Below, in pieces: positions 24,336 to 38,759 of a DNA stretch of 64,000 nucleotides. The stretch is from Azolla caroliniana (lineage: Eukaryota; Plantae; Polypodiophyta). Numbering within the stretch: the first letter of the stretch is position 1; every line of letters starts with the position of its first letter. The stretch spans positions 7,998,001-8,062,000 of the forward strand of contig JBHGNT010000003.1 in the NCBI GenBank assembly GCA_043228905.1, written 5' to 3'. Under the pieces are notes generated by a model. It made no database searches. It worked only from the letters and a program-made list of their open reading frames with translations, and had not been told where the DNA came from. The position numbers were made by a program, and so were the translations under genes.

Positions 24336-26355
24336 TCATCCTTCGTCCTCCGTATCGACATCCACTCTGTGCCAGTCGTTGTCTCTATGGAGGTCGTCCG
24401 GGTCCGGTTTAGCCTCGTGCCGCTTTTTGAAGCCTTTATCCTCTTCCCCGCCACCGGTACCAACATCCTTGTCCCGTCGAGCTCTGCGAGATGGTAGGTC
24501 CCATTGCTGTTGGCGCTCATCACCGCATAAGGCCCGAACCACCTTCTCGAAAACTTCCACATTGCTCGGTGCTGGTTGTTGAGGCTGCTGTCATACACTA
24601 GAACCCAATCCCCTTCCTCGATCTTCTTTGGTCTTAGTCAGTGAGTCCGGTTGAACCGTCCTTTGTTCTTTACCCTCGCCACCCGTAGCTTCTCTGCGGC
24701 TCGGTCCACGTCCTCCGGTCTTTGCTCTAGTTGCCGAATCCGTGCCGCTAACAGCTCGTCCCGGCTCATCTCGTATTTCCAATCTACCGTGGCCCATGAG
24801 GAGATTGTCCGCTCCATTGGCATGATTGGTTTCTGGCTGTACATTAGCTCTGCCGGCATGAACCCGGTTACTCAACTGTGCATAGTTTGGTCCGCCCACA
24901 ACGCGTAGGGTAAGAGCCGTGGCCAGTTCTTGACTTGGCCTCCACACGCCCGTACTAACGCTTTGACAATCGGCCCGTGTCTGCGCTCCAACTTCCCGTT
25001 AGCCTCCGGATTGTACGCCGTGGTGAGCGAGAGTTTAATTCCCAGCCGGTCAAACAGCTCCTCCGCCTCTTGCGCGTCCAATTCTCCGCAGTCGGCCACG
25101 ATCTTACCTACACACCTGTACCGACAGACCACTTCTTCGATCAGAAATCGGCACACGGTTGTGGTCGTTTTGTTCTGCAATGCTCGGCCTTCCACCTGGT
25201 TCGTCAGGTCCTCCCCATCGGCATCGTCACCAGATCCACCATCCATTTGAAGTGGACGGTCGTAGGGTAGGTCGGGTGATGTTCGTCCCGATGCCGGACT
25301 ATGGAGTGCACCTGACAGCTTTCACAAGTCGTCACTAACCGATGCACGTCCCGGTATAGTCCCGACCACCAGTACTTCCCTTTTAGCTTCTCGAATGTGG
25401 CCCACGTTCCGCGGTGTCCGGCCCAGGGACTCTCGTGGTATGTCGTCAGCAATCCTTCCTGTTCCTCTTTCTTCGCCACCACTCGGAGCGGGATGCCGTT
25501 TCTCTTCTTTAGGTGCCTCCATATGCTCCCGTCCTGTAGGAAGAATCGGTACGCCTTCTTTTGAATCTGGGTGGCCTCTTCCTTCGTCAACGCCGCATCT
25601 GGTGTCATTGTCTTTAGGAACCCGCCGATCTGGAGCCACTCCCCTTTGTACTTGCTTTCGTTGAATTTGTTAAGCGCTGGAGTGCTCCCCTTTCTTGCTG
25701 TTACGTTAGTTGACACGAAGAAGTCCTCACCGACTTCTTCGTTATCTGAAACCATATGGTCTTCGTCGCTGAACCTCGCCCTTGAAAGCATATCGGCCAT
25801 GGCGTTATCCTTTCCGGAGATGTGCCGTATCTCTAGGTTTAGGGACTTGATGTACGCGATCCACCTGAGCATCGCTAGGTCCGGAGTCGCGCATTCGAAA
25901 ACCATACCCAGAATCAGTAGGCAGTCCGTCTTGATGATCACTTCCGTCTCGATCAGATAGTCCTTGTCAGCCTTAACTGCCGAAACGATACCCCATAGGT
26001 CGCACTTGATTTGGGCGTATCCTCGCTGCCACTCGCTCAATACCTTTGCCCCGAACCGGATCGGGAACTGAACGCCGTCCTTGTCTTCCTGACTGATTAC
26101 CCACCCGATCCCGGTCGGGCTTGTGTCCACCATCACGTAGATGGGAACTTCCTTGACGTAAACCGCTTTCCGGAGAGCTGGTGCCGCAGCAAGCGCCTCC
26201 TTCAGTCTCTGGACCGACTCCGTGTGCTCGTCTCTCCACTCGAATTTACACCTTTTCTTTAGCAACCTGTAAAGTGGTTCCGCGACATGCGCGTAGTGTG
26301 GAATCCAGATGTGATAGAACACACATGCCCCAAGGATCCTTCGCACCTCGGTGAC
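24336..26355 (-). pseudogene. Gypsy RNase H-integrase of element B
   Basis: VDTSPTGIGW, ADMLSR, YHESPWAGHRG, CESCQ, YNPEANGKLER; frameshifted. Confidence 0.9.
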
Positions 26356-26788
26356 TGTTACCGGCCGGCAAAGGAGTCCAGAGTGGGAAATGGAGAGCTA
26401 ATTAAGTAGTAGGAATGTGGTTGTAATTAAGCTATGAGTGTGGACGGACAGACCGGAATCGGTATGCCGTTCCGGATCCGGACCGATCCCGAACAGGTGC
26501 GGATGGCACCGTTTTGTAATACAGACCGGAAACCTATTTAAAGGCCCGGATACAATGTAATAGTTAGCGGTTAATTAATGAAAGCTTAAGTGTTGTTATA
26601 TCTCTGTGTCAATTGCCGTTCTGTCTTAATTGTTATATCTTACGCGTGTTATGAAGACGATCCTAATACGTAACTTGATTAAGTCGGAGTAAGCGTTGAA
26701 GTCTAATCCGGTTGCCGTAACACCCTTTGGTGAAGTGTCTCCCGTAGACACCCTGTGTTACGCCATTGTCCAGCCCGAAGAGTTAACA
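26356..26788 (+). mobile_element. Solo LTR with non-matching flanks, related to the LTRs at 52476 and 62262
   Basis: TGTTACC...TTAACA; its 3' end CCCTTTGGTGAAGTGTC..TAGACACCCTGTGTT..GTCCAGCC matches the reverse complement of 52476-52540; flanks GTGAC and GGCAG differ. Confidence 0.8.
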
Positions 26789-29700
26789 GGCAGCAGCCGC
26801 GACCAGTTCCCGACTTGACCTCCGCATGCCCGAACTAACGCCTTGACGATCGGTCCGTGTCCACGCTCCACCTTTCCATTCGCCTCCGGATTGTACGCAG
26901 TGGTAAGCGAGAGCTTGACTCCTAGCCGGTCGAACAACTCCTCGGCCTCTTCAGCGTCCAACTCCCCGCGATCAGCCACGATCTTCCCGACGCACCCGTA
27001 CCGGCATATCACGTCCTCGATCAGGAACCGACATACAGCTGCGGTCGTTTTGTTTTGAAGGGCCCGGCCTTCCACCTGGTTCGTCAGATCTTCCCAAGCC
27101 AGGACCAGATACCGCATCTGTCCTACTCCCATCGGCATCGTCACCAGATCTACCATCCATTTGAAGTGGATGGTCGGAGGGTATGTAGGGTGAAGCCCAT
27201 CCCGATGTCGGACTATGGAGTGCATTTGACAGCTCTCGCAAGTTGTCACGAACCGATGCACGTCCCGGTACAGTCCCGGCCACCAGCACTTCCCCTTTAT
27301 CTTCTCGAAGGTGGCCCACGTTCCATGGTGTCCAGCCCAAGGGCTGTCGTGGTAGGCTGTCAGCAGCTCCTCCTGTTCTTCCTTCATCGCTACCACCCGG
27401 AGCGGGACGTCGTTCCTCTTCTTCGGGTGCTTCCATAAGTATACGTCCCGGAGAAAGAATCGGTATGCTTTCTTCCGGATCCGGTTGGCCTTGTCTCTCA
27501 TCCATGACGCATCCGGCGTCATTGTCCTCAAGGAACCACCGATCTGCAGCCACTCGCCATTGTACTTCTTCTCGTCGAAGCCGTTAAGTGCCGGAGTGCT
27601 CGTCCCATCGATCGTCACGTACGCCGCCTCGAAGAAGTCTACGCCGACTTCTTCGTCCTCCGAAACCATGCCGCCCTCGTCATCAAACCTCGCCCTCGAA
27701 AGCATGTCGGCCATGGCGTTGTCCTTTCCGGAAATGTGTCGTATTTCCGGGTCCAGGGACTTGATGTATGCTATCCACCTGAGCATCGCCAGGTCCGGTG
27801 TCGCACATCCGGAAACCATGCCGAGAATTGGCAGGAAATCCGTCTCGATAATAACTTCTGTCCCGATCAGGTAGTCTTTGTCGGCCTTTACTGCCGAAAC
27901 GATACCCCAGAGTTCGCGTTTAACCTGGGCGTACCGTCGCTGTCGCTCACTGAGGACCTTCGTGCTGAATCAGATCGGGAACCGAATGTCGTCCTCGTCT
28001 TCTTGGTTGACGACCCATCCGATCCTGGATGGACTCGTATCCACCGTTATGTATACTGGGGTACCCTTCTCGTAGACAGCCTTCTGGAGCGCCGGTGCTG
28101 CCGCAAGAGCTTCCTTCAGCTTCCGGACCGACTCCGTGTGCTCGTCTCGCCACTCGAATTTTCGCCCCTTCTTCAGAAATCCGTATAGCGGCTCCGCAAC
28201 GTGGGCGTAATGCGGGATCCATATGTGGTAGAATGCGCATGCCCCCAGGAACCTCCGAACTTCCGTAACCGAGCTACAGTCGGTCTTCATCACGGAGATG
28301 GCTTCTACCTTTGCCGGAGACGGCTTCCGGCCATATGGTCCACATAGGTGTCCGACCACCAGGATTTCTGATTGCCCGAAGGCTGATTTCTCCCCGGAGA
28401 AGGTGAGCCTTGCATCCTCTAGCCTTTGTAGCACCTTCTCGCAGTCGTCGATGTGTGTTGCCACGAATCGCCGGCATCCGTCCGGCCCGAGTGTCGCGTC
28501 CTTCTCTTCCACCGGGCACCCCTTGATCGGGATGTCGTCTAGAAATGGCATGGTTATGTCCGGGATGCAATCCCTCAGTACCTTGTTCATTGCATTCACC
28601 ATGTGGGCCATCGAGTTGGTCCCTCCTTGTGGCAGGGTACACATTCGCACTAGGCCGAGGGGAGTTCGCATCGTCGTAATGTCTCTGCTCTCCACGGCTA
28701 GCTGGAACTGGTCGTACCCCGAGTACAGATCACCGACTGAGTAAATCGACCTTCCGGCGAAGGCCTCCGCGAACTCCTCTATGGTCGGTCCGATTCCTGC
28801 GTTCCGAATGGTCACTCTGTTGACCGGCTGCAGGTCTTGAATGAAGCGCAGTGTTCCGTTTTTCTTTGGTACGGTAAACCATCGGTTCGAGTATGGGGCA
28901 CTCGACGGTTCGAGAATGCCCATATCGACTTTTTGCCTCAATAGCTCCATCAACTTCGGGATGTGAGCTCTCGGTACTGGAATCAGCTTGAGATTCCACG
29001 GCACATGCAGTACCGTGAATATCACCATCAGCTCCACGATTGTCGGGTCTACGCACCCGATCTCTTCCGGTGAGAATGTGAAGGCTTTCCCGTGCCTTCC
29101 GAGCATTCTCCGAAACCAGTCTTCCTCTGCCGGCAGTAAGAACCCGCCCCCAACGATTTTGAGCTCCTGGAGCGTCCCGTCGGTGAAGGTGTGTCCTATG
29201 CAGACTGGATCTCGTAAGCTGGGGTCCGACGCAACCCCTCTGATTCGGGACTCACTGCCCTCCGGTAAGGGTGCCGCGACTGGCCTTACCTTCCGTTCCA
29301 AAGTCTTGTACTTCGTGCTAACTCGGGCCGTCCGATCCGACCGGAGCCCCTGACTGAAGTTCGCGATGACTTCGTACATCTCTTCGGAACATACCCGTAT
29401 CGTCTGGTCTTCGTTAAGGTCTTCTCCAGCTACCTTCCTCAGCATTCCCAAGGTGTCGTCGAAGGAGACCGCCTCCACGGCTCCGCTGATTTCCTCGTCC
29501 GGGCCGAGAACTCCGCACGCTCGAAGTCGTACATCCGCCCTTGCCTTTTCTCGGCCAACGATGCCGACTATCATACACCCTTCGTTGTTGGAGAAGCAAA
29601 AATTTCCACCTACCGTACAGGGTTTCTTCGGTTTCGTTTCTATCGTACAGTTGTGGGGTCTTTCCCGAGTGTCCGGACTGTCTCGGCCCCACGCCTTGGC

Positions 29701-32521
29701 AGCCCTCTCTAAAAATCCTCCCGGTTCTCGCCACCGAGGGATTCGCGGTTTCGCTCGTGGTTCGGTCTCACCATCAGAAATTGGACCGAATGGCGCCCGT
29801 CCTGGCTTCTGACCCTCGCGTAGGCCAAACCGTTGTCCAGCACCTTAGTCTCCATTCGCGCCGCCGTGATGTATGGTTCCCCTAATATGACCGGGTGCGA
29901 GGACGTCTCCTGTACGAAGAAGTGCTGGTCAATCTCGACGTCGCCGATCTTGACTCGCACGTTCGGGCAGGCCTCGTGCAGTTCCTCGGTGCCACGCGTC
30001 GCCGCCCGTATCTTCCACCCGTGCTTGGTGTTGATCGGCCACTTTCCCTTCTTATAGAAGTCCATGGACATCAGGTTTATTTCCGAACCATGGTCCACCA
30101 GTGACACCACCGATTCCTGAACATCTCCGATCTTTACCGGGGTCTCCGTGGTTGCTCGGGCCTAGTGTGGGCTCGAATAGTGGCTCTCCTCCCACTCATC
30201 TTCCAGCGCCAAGTCGTCGATGTGCGTCGTCCGCACCTCCACCGGTCTTTCCGGTTCCATCTCCGTCAACAGCCTCTTCCGCTTCACCAAGTCCACAATG
30301 GAGTCGTGGAACTCCTTCTTGGCGATCCCCAGCACCTCCCATAATGACAGCTCCACCTTGTTGTCGAGGATTCGTTCTTCTAGGAGCTTTCGTAGGTTCG
30401 TGTTCCTTTCTATTTCCGTCCCCAGTCGGTATCTGCCCTTCCTGGGGTTATCTTGCGCGCTGGACCCACCGGCTTCGTTCCGTCGTTGCCCGAATCGGGT
30501 CTCGTATCGTTGTGAGGGCCCGGCCGCTCCGGCTTTCCCCACTCGTTTGTCCTCTACCAGAGCCTCGTAGTTCCGGCAGGCGGCTTCTACGAAGCCCGTC
30601 TTCTCCTCGACCGGGTCGCTCCACCCGGTTACTTCCCCGACCCGTCTCTCAGCGCGGTCCGCTTCATCTTTCCTCAGCCGTGCGCCGGCGAGGCCTTCCA
30701 GCATTGTTGACCAGAATCCGTCTTTGCTCTCCTTTCGGGCCTCGCTGCCCCCGACCCGAATACCGGCCGATGCCGAGTAGTGGATGGCCTCCACGTGTCG
30801 GGTCGCTGCCTCTTCCATCAGTCTCTTCATACCTCCTCGTCCGTCGTTTCGGTTTAGGGCCCTTTTGCTATCGCCGGCGTGCACCCGACCTTCCCACATG
30901 TGCACCACTTGGTTCCTCAACGCCTCTGCGAAATCGCCGCAGTCCTTTTGAATGTGACCGACCTCGTCGCACCACATGCACCTGTTCCCTTCTGCCGGCC
31001 GTCGGTTACGAGCCGGTTCGCCGCCTTCCCTTCGAGTCTGGGCGATCTGGAGATCCTTTATCGCCCGCGCCAACTCCTCCAGCGCTGCTCCTCCGGACGA
31101 GCCATTGACCATGCCGGTCGAAGCCGAACCGGTTTCGAGCCACTCCCGGGTCTCTTCCCTTCACCCTTGCGGTGCCGGTTCAAGCCTCCTTGCTGTGACA
31201 GAGCCCGCACCGGCCGCCCCATTGTTAGCCCATTCTCGCCGTTTGTCGAAACGGCCACAGACTCTCTTAACCACAGCCCAGTCGGTCGTCAGGCCGTCTT
31301 CAGTCTCCAGCAAGGAGCCGACTTGATCCCGGTCCCGCTGATCCACCGACTTGATGAACAGTAGGACCCGGCTCGTATCTAGAACGGTTCGGTCAAGCGC
31401 CGAGAGGCGCGCAAAGCGTTCCTCAAACTCCCGGAGGAGTGCCGACGCGTTTCTTCCCTTGCCGGGGGACTCCACCCATTCCATGAAGTCCCGTTTCGAA
31501 AGCCGGAGCGCGTCGTCCAGCCCGTATTTTTCTAGGAGTCGGCCTTCGAACTCCTCCCAGGTACGGCTCTCCGCCCGTACCTCGAGCACCTTCGCATGGA
31601 TGCTCGGCATCGTCACTCGAGGGAACCCGGCAAGACGCCTCTCTTCCGGAATGTCCCGCATCAGCATTTCTGCCCCGTAGGACGCCAAATACTTCGTGGC
31701 ATCCTTTCCGCTGAACCGGCCGATCGTACCGACGACCACCTCAATGGCTCTGTCGAGGGCGCCGGTGCCCTCGCGTGCGCTCAATATCCGATCCACGGCC
31801 GAAGCCATGGCCTCCGCAAGATCCGACCCCTTCATCTTCTGCTCTTCTACCGCCTCCTTCACGTCGGGTTCACCAAGATGTCGACGTATTCCTCGTGGAT
31901 CCGTGGAATGAGGCGGGACCTCAGGGGTCTTGTACCGAAGAGCAAGAGACAAAGGAGAAGGGAAGGGACCCACTACGTGTGGGCGTAGATTCGCAGGGGC
32001 ACGGCCCTTTGACACAAAGACGCGAGTGGGACACCAACGCAGAGAGACACGAATGTATGTATATATATATTAACAAGGACAAACAACAAGAAGCACAAAG
32101 TCGGTTACAACGGAACAGGCCAGCGAACAGATGACGTTGCCTGTTCGGAAACGCACAGAAAGAAAGGAGTAGGTTGGAGGTGTTGCCGGAAGCGCTCAGG
32201 CATTCCTCAGAGTAGCGCGAGCCTCCCGAAACCTGCACAGAAAGAAGCTACGGAGTATGGAAGAGAGAGAAGCCTTCGGCCGACAACCCGACAGCACTTC
32301 GTCCTCTCTAACCGCGATCCCTTCCTCTTCCCCGTCTCCCTCCTTTTATAGGCAAGAAAGGAGCCGTTTCCCATTAACTTCCTACCTACCGAATCTACCT
32401 ACCTAGGATCTTCTATGTATCTAATTCTCTCTTATGTACAACATAAGGCGTACGTGCATGAAGAGCCGGTTCCTACGCTCTGGTGCACCGATTCCGCTTG
32501 TGGACGGTTTTCTTCGCGACA
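26789..32521 (-). mobile_element. Gypsy element A1 (tRNA-Trp group), 3'-truncated
   Basis: 5' LTR 31879-32521, PBS 31858-31875, gag with CMWCDEVGHIQKDC, PR LVDHGSEINL, RT FLDD, RH and partial IN; several stops. Confidence 0.92.
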
Positions 32522-32667
32522 ACGGTAAACCACCGATTCAAATATGGGGCACTTGATGGCTTGAGGATGTCCATCTCCACCTTCTGTTTCAGCAGCTCTA
32601 TCAGTTTCGGGATGTGAGCTCTGGGTACTGGAATCGGTTTGAGATTCCACGGCACATGCGGTACCGT

Positions 32668-35600
32668 TGTCGAGGTCTTCCTCGCGGATGCGTGGAACGA
32701 GGCGGGACCTCGGGGGTCCTGTACCGAAGAGCAAGAGAGAAAGGAGAAGAGACCCACTACGTGCGAGCGTAGATTCACAGGGACACGGCCCTTCGACACA
32801 AAGACGCGAGTGGGACAGCGACACAGAGAAACACGAATGTATGTATGTATTAACAAAGACAACAACAACAAGAACACGAAGTCGGTTACAACCGAACAGG
32901 CCGGCGAACAGATGCCGATGCCTATTCGTAAACGCACGGAAAGAAAGGTGTAGGTTGGAGGTGCTGCCGGAAGCACTCGGGCATTCCTCAGAGCAGCCTC
33001 CCGAAACCTGCACAGAAAGAAGCTATGGAGTATGGAAGAGAGAGAAGCCTTCGACCGACAGCCCGACAACACTTCGTCCTCTCTGATTTCACGATCCCCT
33101 CCTCCTCCTCGTCTCCCTCCTTTTATAGGCAAGAAGGGAGCCGTTTCCTATTAACTTCCTACCAAATCTACCTACCTAGGATCTCCCATGTCCCTAATTC
33201 TCTCCTATGTACAACACAAGGCGTACGTGCATGAAGAGCCGGTTCCTATGCTCCGGCGCACCGATTCCGCTCGTGGACGGTTTTCTTCACGACATCCGCC
33301 CCCACCTAACCGCGCATCCACCGGCATGCGCCAAATTGAGTTGGGACGGAGAAAACCGGTCCAGCCTTCATTCCCCGCCCGTCGGTTCTTCCTCGGTTTC
33401 GGATCGTTCATCGTCGTGGTCCCGTCGTCGTGACGCTTCTTGAACGCTTTGATCCGCTTCCCAGCTACCGGTATCGCCACTCTCGTGCCGTCGAGTTCCG
33501 CTAGATGGTACGTCCCGTTGTCGTTGGCGCTTTGTACCACGTAAGGCCCGAACAACCTTCTTGCGAACTTCCGTGTCGCTCGGTGCTGGTTGTCGAGGCT
33601 GCTGTCGTAGACTAGCACCCAGTCGCCTTCCTCGATCTTCTTCGGTCGGAGCCGGTGCGTTCGGTCGAACCGGGCTTTGTTCCTCATCCTTGCTTCCCAA
33701 AGCTTTTCCGCAGCCTACTCCACGTCCTCCGGTCTTCGCTCGAGCTGTCGTATACGCGCCGCCAGCAGTTCCTCCCGGCTCATCTCGTCTCTCCAGTCCA
33801 CAGTTGCCCACGAGGAGATCGTACGTTCCATCGGCATGATCGGCTTCTACCCAAACATGAGCTCTGCCGGCATGAATCCAGTTACCGAACTGTGCGTAGT
33901 TCGGTCCGCCCACAACGCGTAAGGCAACAATCGCGGCCAGTTCCCGACTTGACCTCCGCATGCCCGAACTAACGCCTTGACGACCGGTCTGTGCCCACGT
34001 TCCACCTTCCCATTCACCTCCGGATTGTATGCAGTGGTGAGCGAGAGCTTGACTCCTAGCCGGTCGAACAGCTCCTCGGCCTCTTCGGCGTCCAACTCCC
34101 CGCGATCAGCCACGATCTTCCCGACGCACCCGTACCGGCATATCACGTCCTCGAGCAGGAACCGACATAGGCTGCAGTCGTTTTGTTCTGAAGGGCCCGG
34201 CCTTCCACCTGGTTCGTCAAATCTTCCCGAGCCAGGACCAGATACCGCATCTGTCCTACTCCCATCGGCATCGTCACCAGGTCTACGATCCATTTGAAGT
34301 GGATGGTCGGAGGGTACGTAGGGTGAAGCTCATCCCGATGTCGGACTATGGAGTGCATCTGACAGCTCTCGCAAGTTGTCACGAACCGATGCTCCCGGTA
34401 TAGTCCCGGCCACCAATACTTCCCTTTTATCTTCTCGAACGTGGCCCACGTTCCTCGGTGTCCAGCCCAAGGGCTGTCGTGGTAGGCCGTCAGCAGCTCC
34501 TCCTGTTCTTCCTTCATCGCCACCACCCGGAGCGGAACGTTGTTCCTCTTCTTCGGGTGCTTCCATAAGTATCCGTCCCGGAGAAAGAATCGGTAAGCTT
34601 TCTTCCGGATCCGGTTGGCCTCGTCCTTTGTCCATGATGCATCCGGCATCATTGTCCTCAAAAATCCACCGATCTGGAGCCACTCGCCGTCGTACCTGCT
34701 CTCGTCGAAGTCGTTAAGTGCTAGAGTGCTCGTCCCATCGGTCGTCACGTACGCCGCCTCGAAGAAGTCCACGCCGACTTCTTCGTCCTCCGAAACCATG
34801 CCGCCCTCGTCATCAAACCTCGCCCTCGAAAGCATGTCGGCCATGGCGTTGTCCTTTCCGGAAATGTGTCATATTTCCGGGTCCAGGGACTTGATGTACG
34901 CTATCCACCGGAGCATCGCCAGGTCCGGTGTCGCACATCCGGAAACCATGCCGAGAATTGGCAGGAAATCCGTCTCGATAATAACTTCTGTCCCGATCAG
35001 GTAGTCTTTGTCGGCCTTTACTGCCGAAACGATACCCCAGAGTTCGCGTTTAACCTGGGCGTACCCTCGCTGTCGCTCACTGAGGACCTTCGCACCAAAT
35101 CGGATCAGGAACCGAAGACCATCCTTGTCTTCTTGGTTGACGACCCATCCTATCCCGGTCGGCCTCGTATCCACCGTTATGTATACCGGGGTACCCTTCT
35201 CGTAGACAGCCTTCCGGAGCGCCGGTGCTGCCGCAAGAGCTTCCTTCAGCTTCCGGACCGACTCCGTGTGCTCGTCTCACCACTCGAATTTTCGCCCCTT
35301 CTTCAGCAACCCGTATAGTGGCTCCGCAACGTGGGCGTAATGCGGGATCCATATGTGGTAGAACGCGCATGCCCCCAGGAACCTCCGAACTTCCGTAACC
35401 GAGCTACAGTCGGTCTTCATCGCGGAGATGGTTTCTACCTTTGCCGGAGATGGCTTCCAGCCATATGGTCCACACAGGTGTCCGACCACCAGGATTTCTG
35501 ATTGCCCGAAGGCCGATTTCTCCCCGGAGAAGGTGAGCCTCGCATCCTCTAGCCTTTGTAGCACCTTCTCGCAGTCGTCGATGTGTGTTGCCACGAATTG

Positions 35601-38600
35601 CCGGCATCTGTCCGGCCCGACTGTCTCGTCCTTCTCTTCCACCGGGCACACCTTTATCGGAATGTCGTCCAGAAATGGCATGGTGATGTCCGGGATGCAA
35701 TCCCTCAGTACCTTGTTCATTGCATTCACCATGTGGGCGACCGACCGGAGCCCCTGACTGAAGTTCGCGATGACTTCGTACATCTCTTCGGAACATACCC
35801 GTATCGTCCGTTCTTCGTTAAGGTCTTCTCCGGCTACCTCCCTCAGCATTCCCAAGGTGTCGTCGAAGGAGACCGCCTCCACGGCTCTGCTGATTTCCTC
35901 GTTCGGGCCAAGAACTCCGCACGCTCGAAGTCGCTCCTCTGCCCTTGCCCTTTCTCGGCCAACGATGCCGACCATCACACACCCTCCGTCGTTGGAGAAG
36001 AAAAATTTCCTACCTATCGTACAAGGTTTCTTCGGATTCGGTTCTATCGTACAGCTGTGGGGTCTTTCCCGAGTGTCCGGACTGTCTCGGCCCCACGCCT
36101 TGGCAGCCCTCTCTAAAAATCCTCTCGGTTCTCGCCACCGAGGGATTCGCGGTTCCGCTCGTGGTTTGGTCGCACCGTCAGGAATTGGACCGAATGGCGC
36201 TCGTCCTGGCTTTTGACCCGCGCGTAGGCCGAACCGTTGTCCAGCACCTTGGTCTCCATCCGCGCCGCCGTGATGTATGGTTCCCCTAATATGACCGGGT
36301 GCGAGGACGTCTCCTGTACGAAGAAGTGTTGGTCAATCTCGACGTCGCCGATCTTGACTCGCACGTTCGGGCAGGCCCCGTCCAGTTCCTCGGTGGCGCG
36401 CGTTGCCGCCCGTATCTTCCACCCGTGCTTGGTGTTGATCGGCCACTTTCCCTTCTTATAGAAGTCCATGGATATCAGGTTTATTTCCGAACCGTGATCC
36501 ACCAGTGCCACCACCGGTTCCTGAACATCTCCTATCTTTACCGGGGTCTCCGTGGTCGCTCGGGCCTAGTGTGGGCTCGAATAGTGGCTCTCCGCCCACT
36601 CATCTTCCAACGCCAAGTCGTCGATGTGCGTCGTGCGCACCTCCACCGGTCTTTCCGGTTCTGTCTCCGTCGACAGCCTCTTCCGCTTCACCAAGTCCAC
36701 AATGGAGTCGTGGAACTCCTTCTTAGTGATCCCCAGCACCTCCCGCAATGACAGCTCCACCTTGCTGTCGAGGATCCGTTCTTCTAGGACCTTTCGTAGG
36801 TCCGTGGTCCTTTCTATTTCCGTCCCCAGCCGATATCCGCCCTTCCTGGGGTTGTCTTGCGAGCTGGACCCACCGGCATCGTTCCGTCGTTGCCCGAATC
36901 GGGTCTCGTACCGTTGTGAGGGCCCGACCGCTCTGGTTTTCCCCACCCGTTTGTCTTCTACCAGAGCCTCGTAGTTCCGGCAGGCGGCTTCTACGAATCC
37001 CGTCTTCTCCTCGACCGGATCGCTCCACCCGGTTATTTCCCGGACCCGTCTCTCAGCGCGGTCCGTTTCATCTTTCCTTAACCGTGCGCCGGCAAGACCT
37101 TCCAGCATTGCCGACCAGAATCCGTCTTTGCCCTCCTTTCGGGCCTCGCTGCCCTCGACCCGAATACCGGCCGACGCCGAGTAGTGGATGGCCTCCACGT
37201 GTCGGGCCGCGGCCTCTTCCATCAGTCTCTTCATTCTTCCTCGCCCGTCGTTTCGGTTTAGGGCCCTTCTGGTGTCGCCGGCGTGCACCCGGCCTTCCCA
37301 CAGGTACACCACCCGGTTCCTCAACGCTTCTGCGAAATCGCCGTAGTCCTTCCGAATGTGGCCAACCTCGTTGCACCACATGCACCTGTTCCCTGCTGCC
37401 AGCCGTCGGTCACGAGCCAGTTCGCCGCCTTCCCTTCGAGTCTGGGCGATCTGGAGATCCTTTATCGCCCGCGTCAACTCCTCCAGCGCTGCTCCTCCGG
37501 ACGAGCCATTGACCATGCCGGTCGAAGCCGGACCGGTTTCGAGCCATTCCCGGGTTTCTTCCCTTCGCCCTTGCGGTGCCGGTTCAAGCCTCCTTGCTGT
37601 GACAGAGCCCGCACCGGCCGCCCCATTATTAGCCCATTCTCGCCGTTTGTCGAAACGGCCATAGACTCTCTTAACCGCAGCCCAGTCGGTCGTCAGCCCG
37701 TCTTCGGTTTCCACCAAGGAGCCGACTTGATCCCGGTCCCGCTCGTCCACCGACTTGACGAACAGTAGGACCCGGCTCGTATCCAGAATGGTTCGGTCAA
37801 GCGCCGAAAGGCGCGCAAAGCGTTCTTCAAACTCCCGGAGGAGTGCCGACGCGTTTCTTCCCTTGCCGGGGGACTCCACCCATTCCATGAAGTCCCGTTT
37901 CGAAAGCTGGGGCGCGTCGTCCAGCCCGTATTTTTCTAGGAGTCAACCTTCGAACTCCTCCCAGGTACGGCTCTCCGCCCGCACCTCGAGCACCTCCGCA
38001 TGGATGCTCGGCATCGCCACTCGAGGGAACCCGGCAAGACGCCTCTCTTCCGGAATGTCCCGCATCAGCATTTCTGCCCCATAGGAAGCCAAATACTTCG
38101 TGGCATCCTTTCCGCTGAACCGGCCAATCGTACCGACGACCGCCTCAATGGCTCTGTCGAGGGCGCCGGAGCCCTCACGTGCACTCAATATCCGATCCAC
38201 GGCCGAAGCCATGGCCTCCGCAATATCCAACCCTTTCATCTTCTGCTCTTCTGCCGCCTCTTTCACGTCGGGTTCACCAAGATGTCGAGGTCTTCCTCGC
38301 GGATGCGTGGAACAAGGCGGGACCTCGGGGGTCCTGTACCGAAGAGCAAGAGAGGAAGGAGAACAGATGCCGATGCCTGTTCGTAAACGCACGGAAAGAA
38401 AGGAGTAGGTTGGAGGTGCTGCCGGAAGCACTCGGGCATTCCTCAGAGTAGCGCGAGCCTCCCGAAACCTGCACAGAAAGAAGCTATAGAGTATGGAAGA
38501 GAGAGAAGCCTTCGACCGACAGCCCGACAGCACTTCGTCCTCTCTGATTTCGTGATCCCCTCCTCCTCCTCGTCTCCCTCCTTTTATAGGCAAGAAGGGA

Positions 38601-38759
38601 GCCGTTTCCTATTAACTTCCTACCTACCGAATCTACCTACCTAGGATCTCCCATGTCCCTAATTCTCTCCTATGTACAACACAAGGCGTACGTGCATGAA
38701 GAGCCGGTTCCTATGCTCCGGCGCACCGATTCCGCTCGTGGACGGTTTTCTTCACGACA
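32668..38759 (-). mobile_element. Gypsy element A2 (tRNA-Trp group), both LTRs, RT partly deleted
   Basis: LTRs 32668-33294 and 38283-38759 (the latter with a ~150-bp deletion), TSD CCGT, PBS 38262-38279; ~0.7-kb deletion at ~35742 joining GLRS to VAHMVN. Confidence 0.93.

Noticed and set aside
30101-31108. Long plus-strand ORFs opposite gag/pol (also 36748-37512, 46130-46939, 59262-60191, 61270-62184)
   Set aside because: Antisense shadows of GC-rich coding sequence with no recognisable domains.
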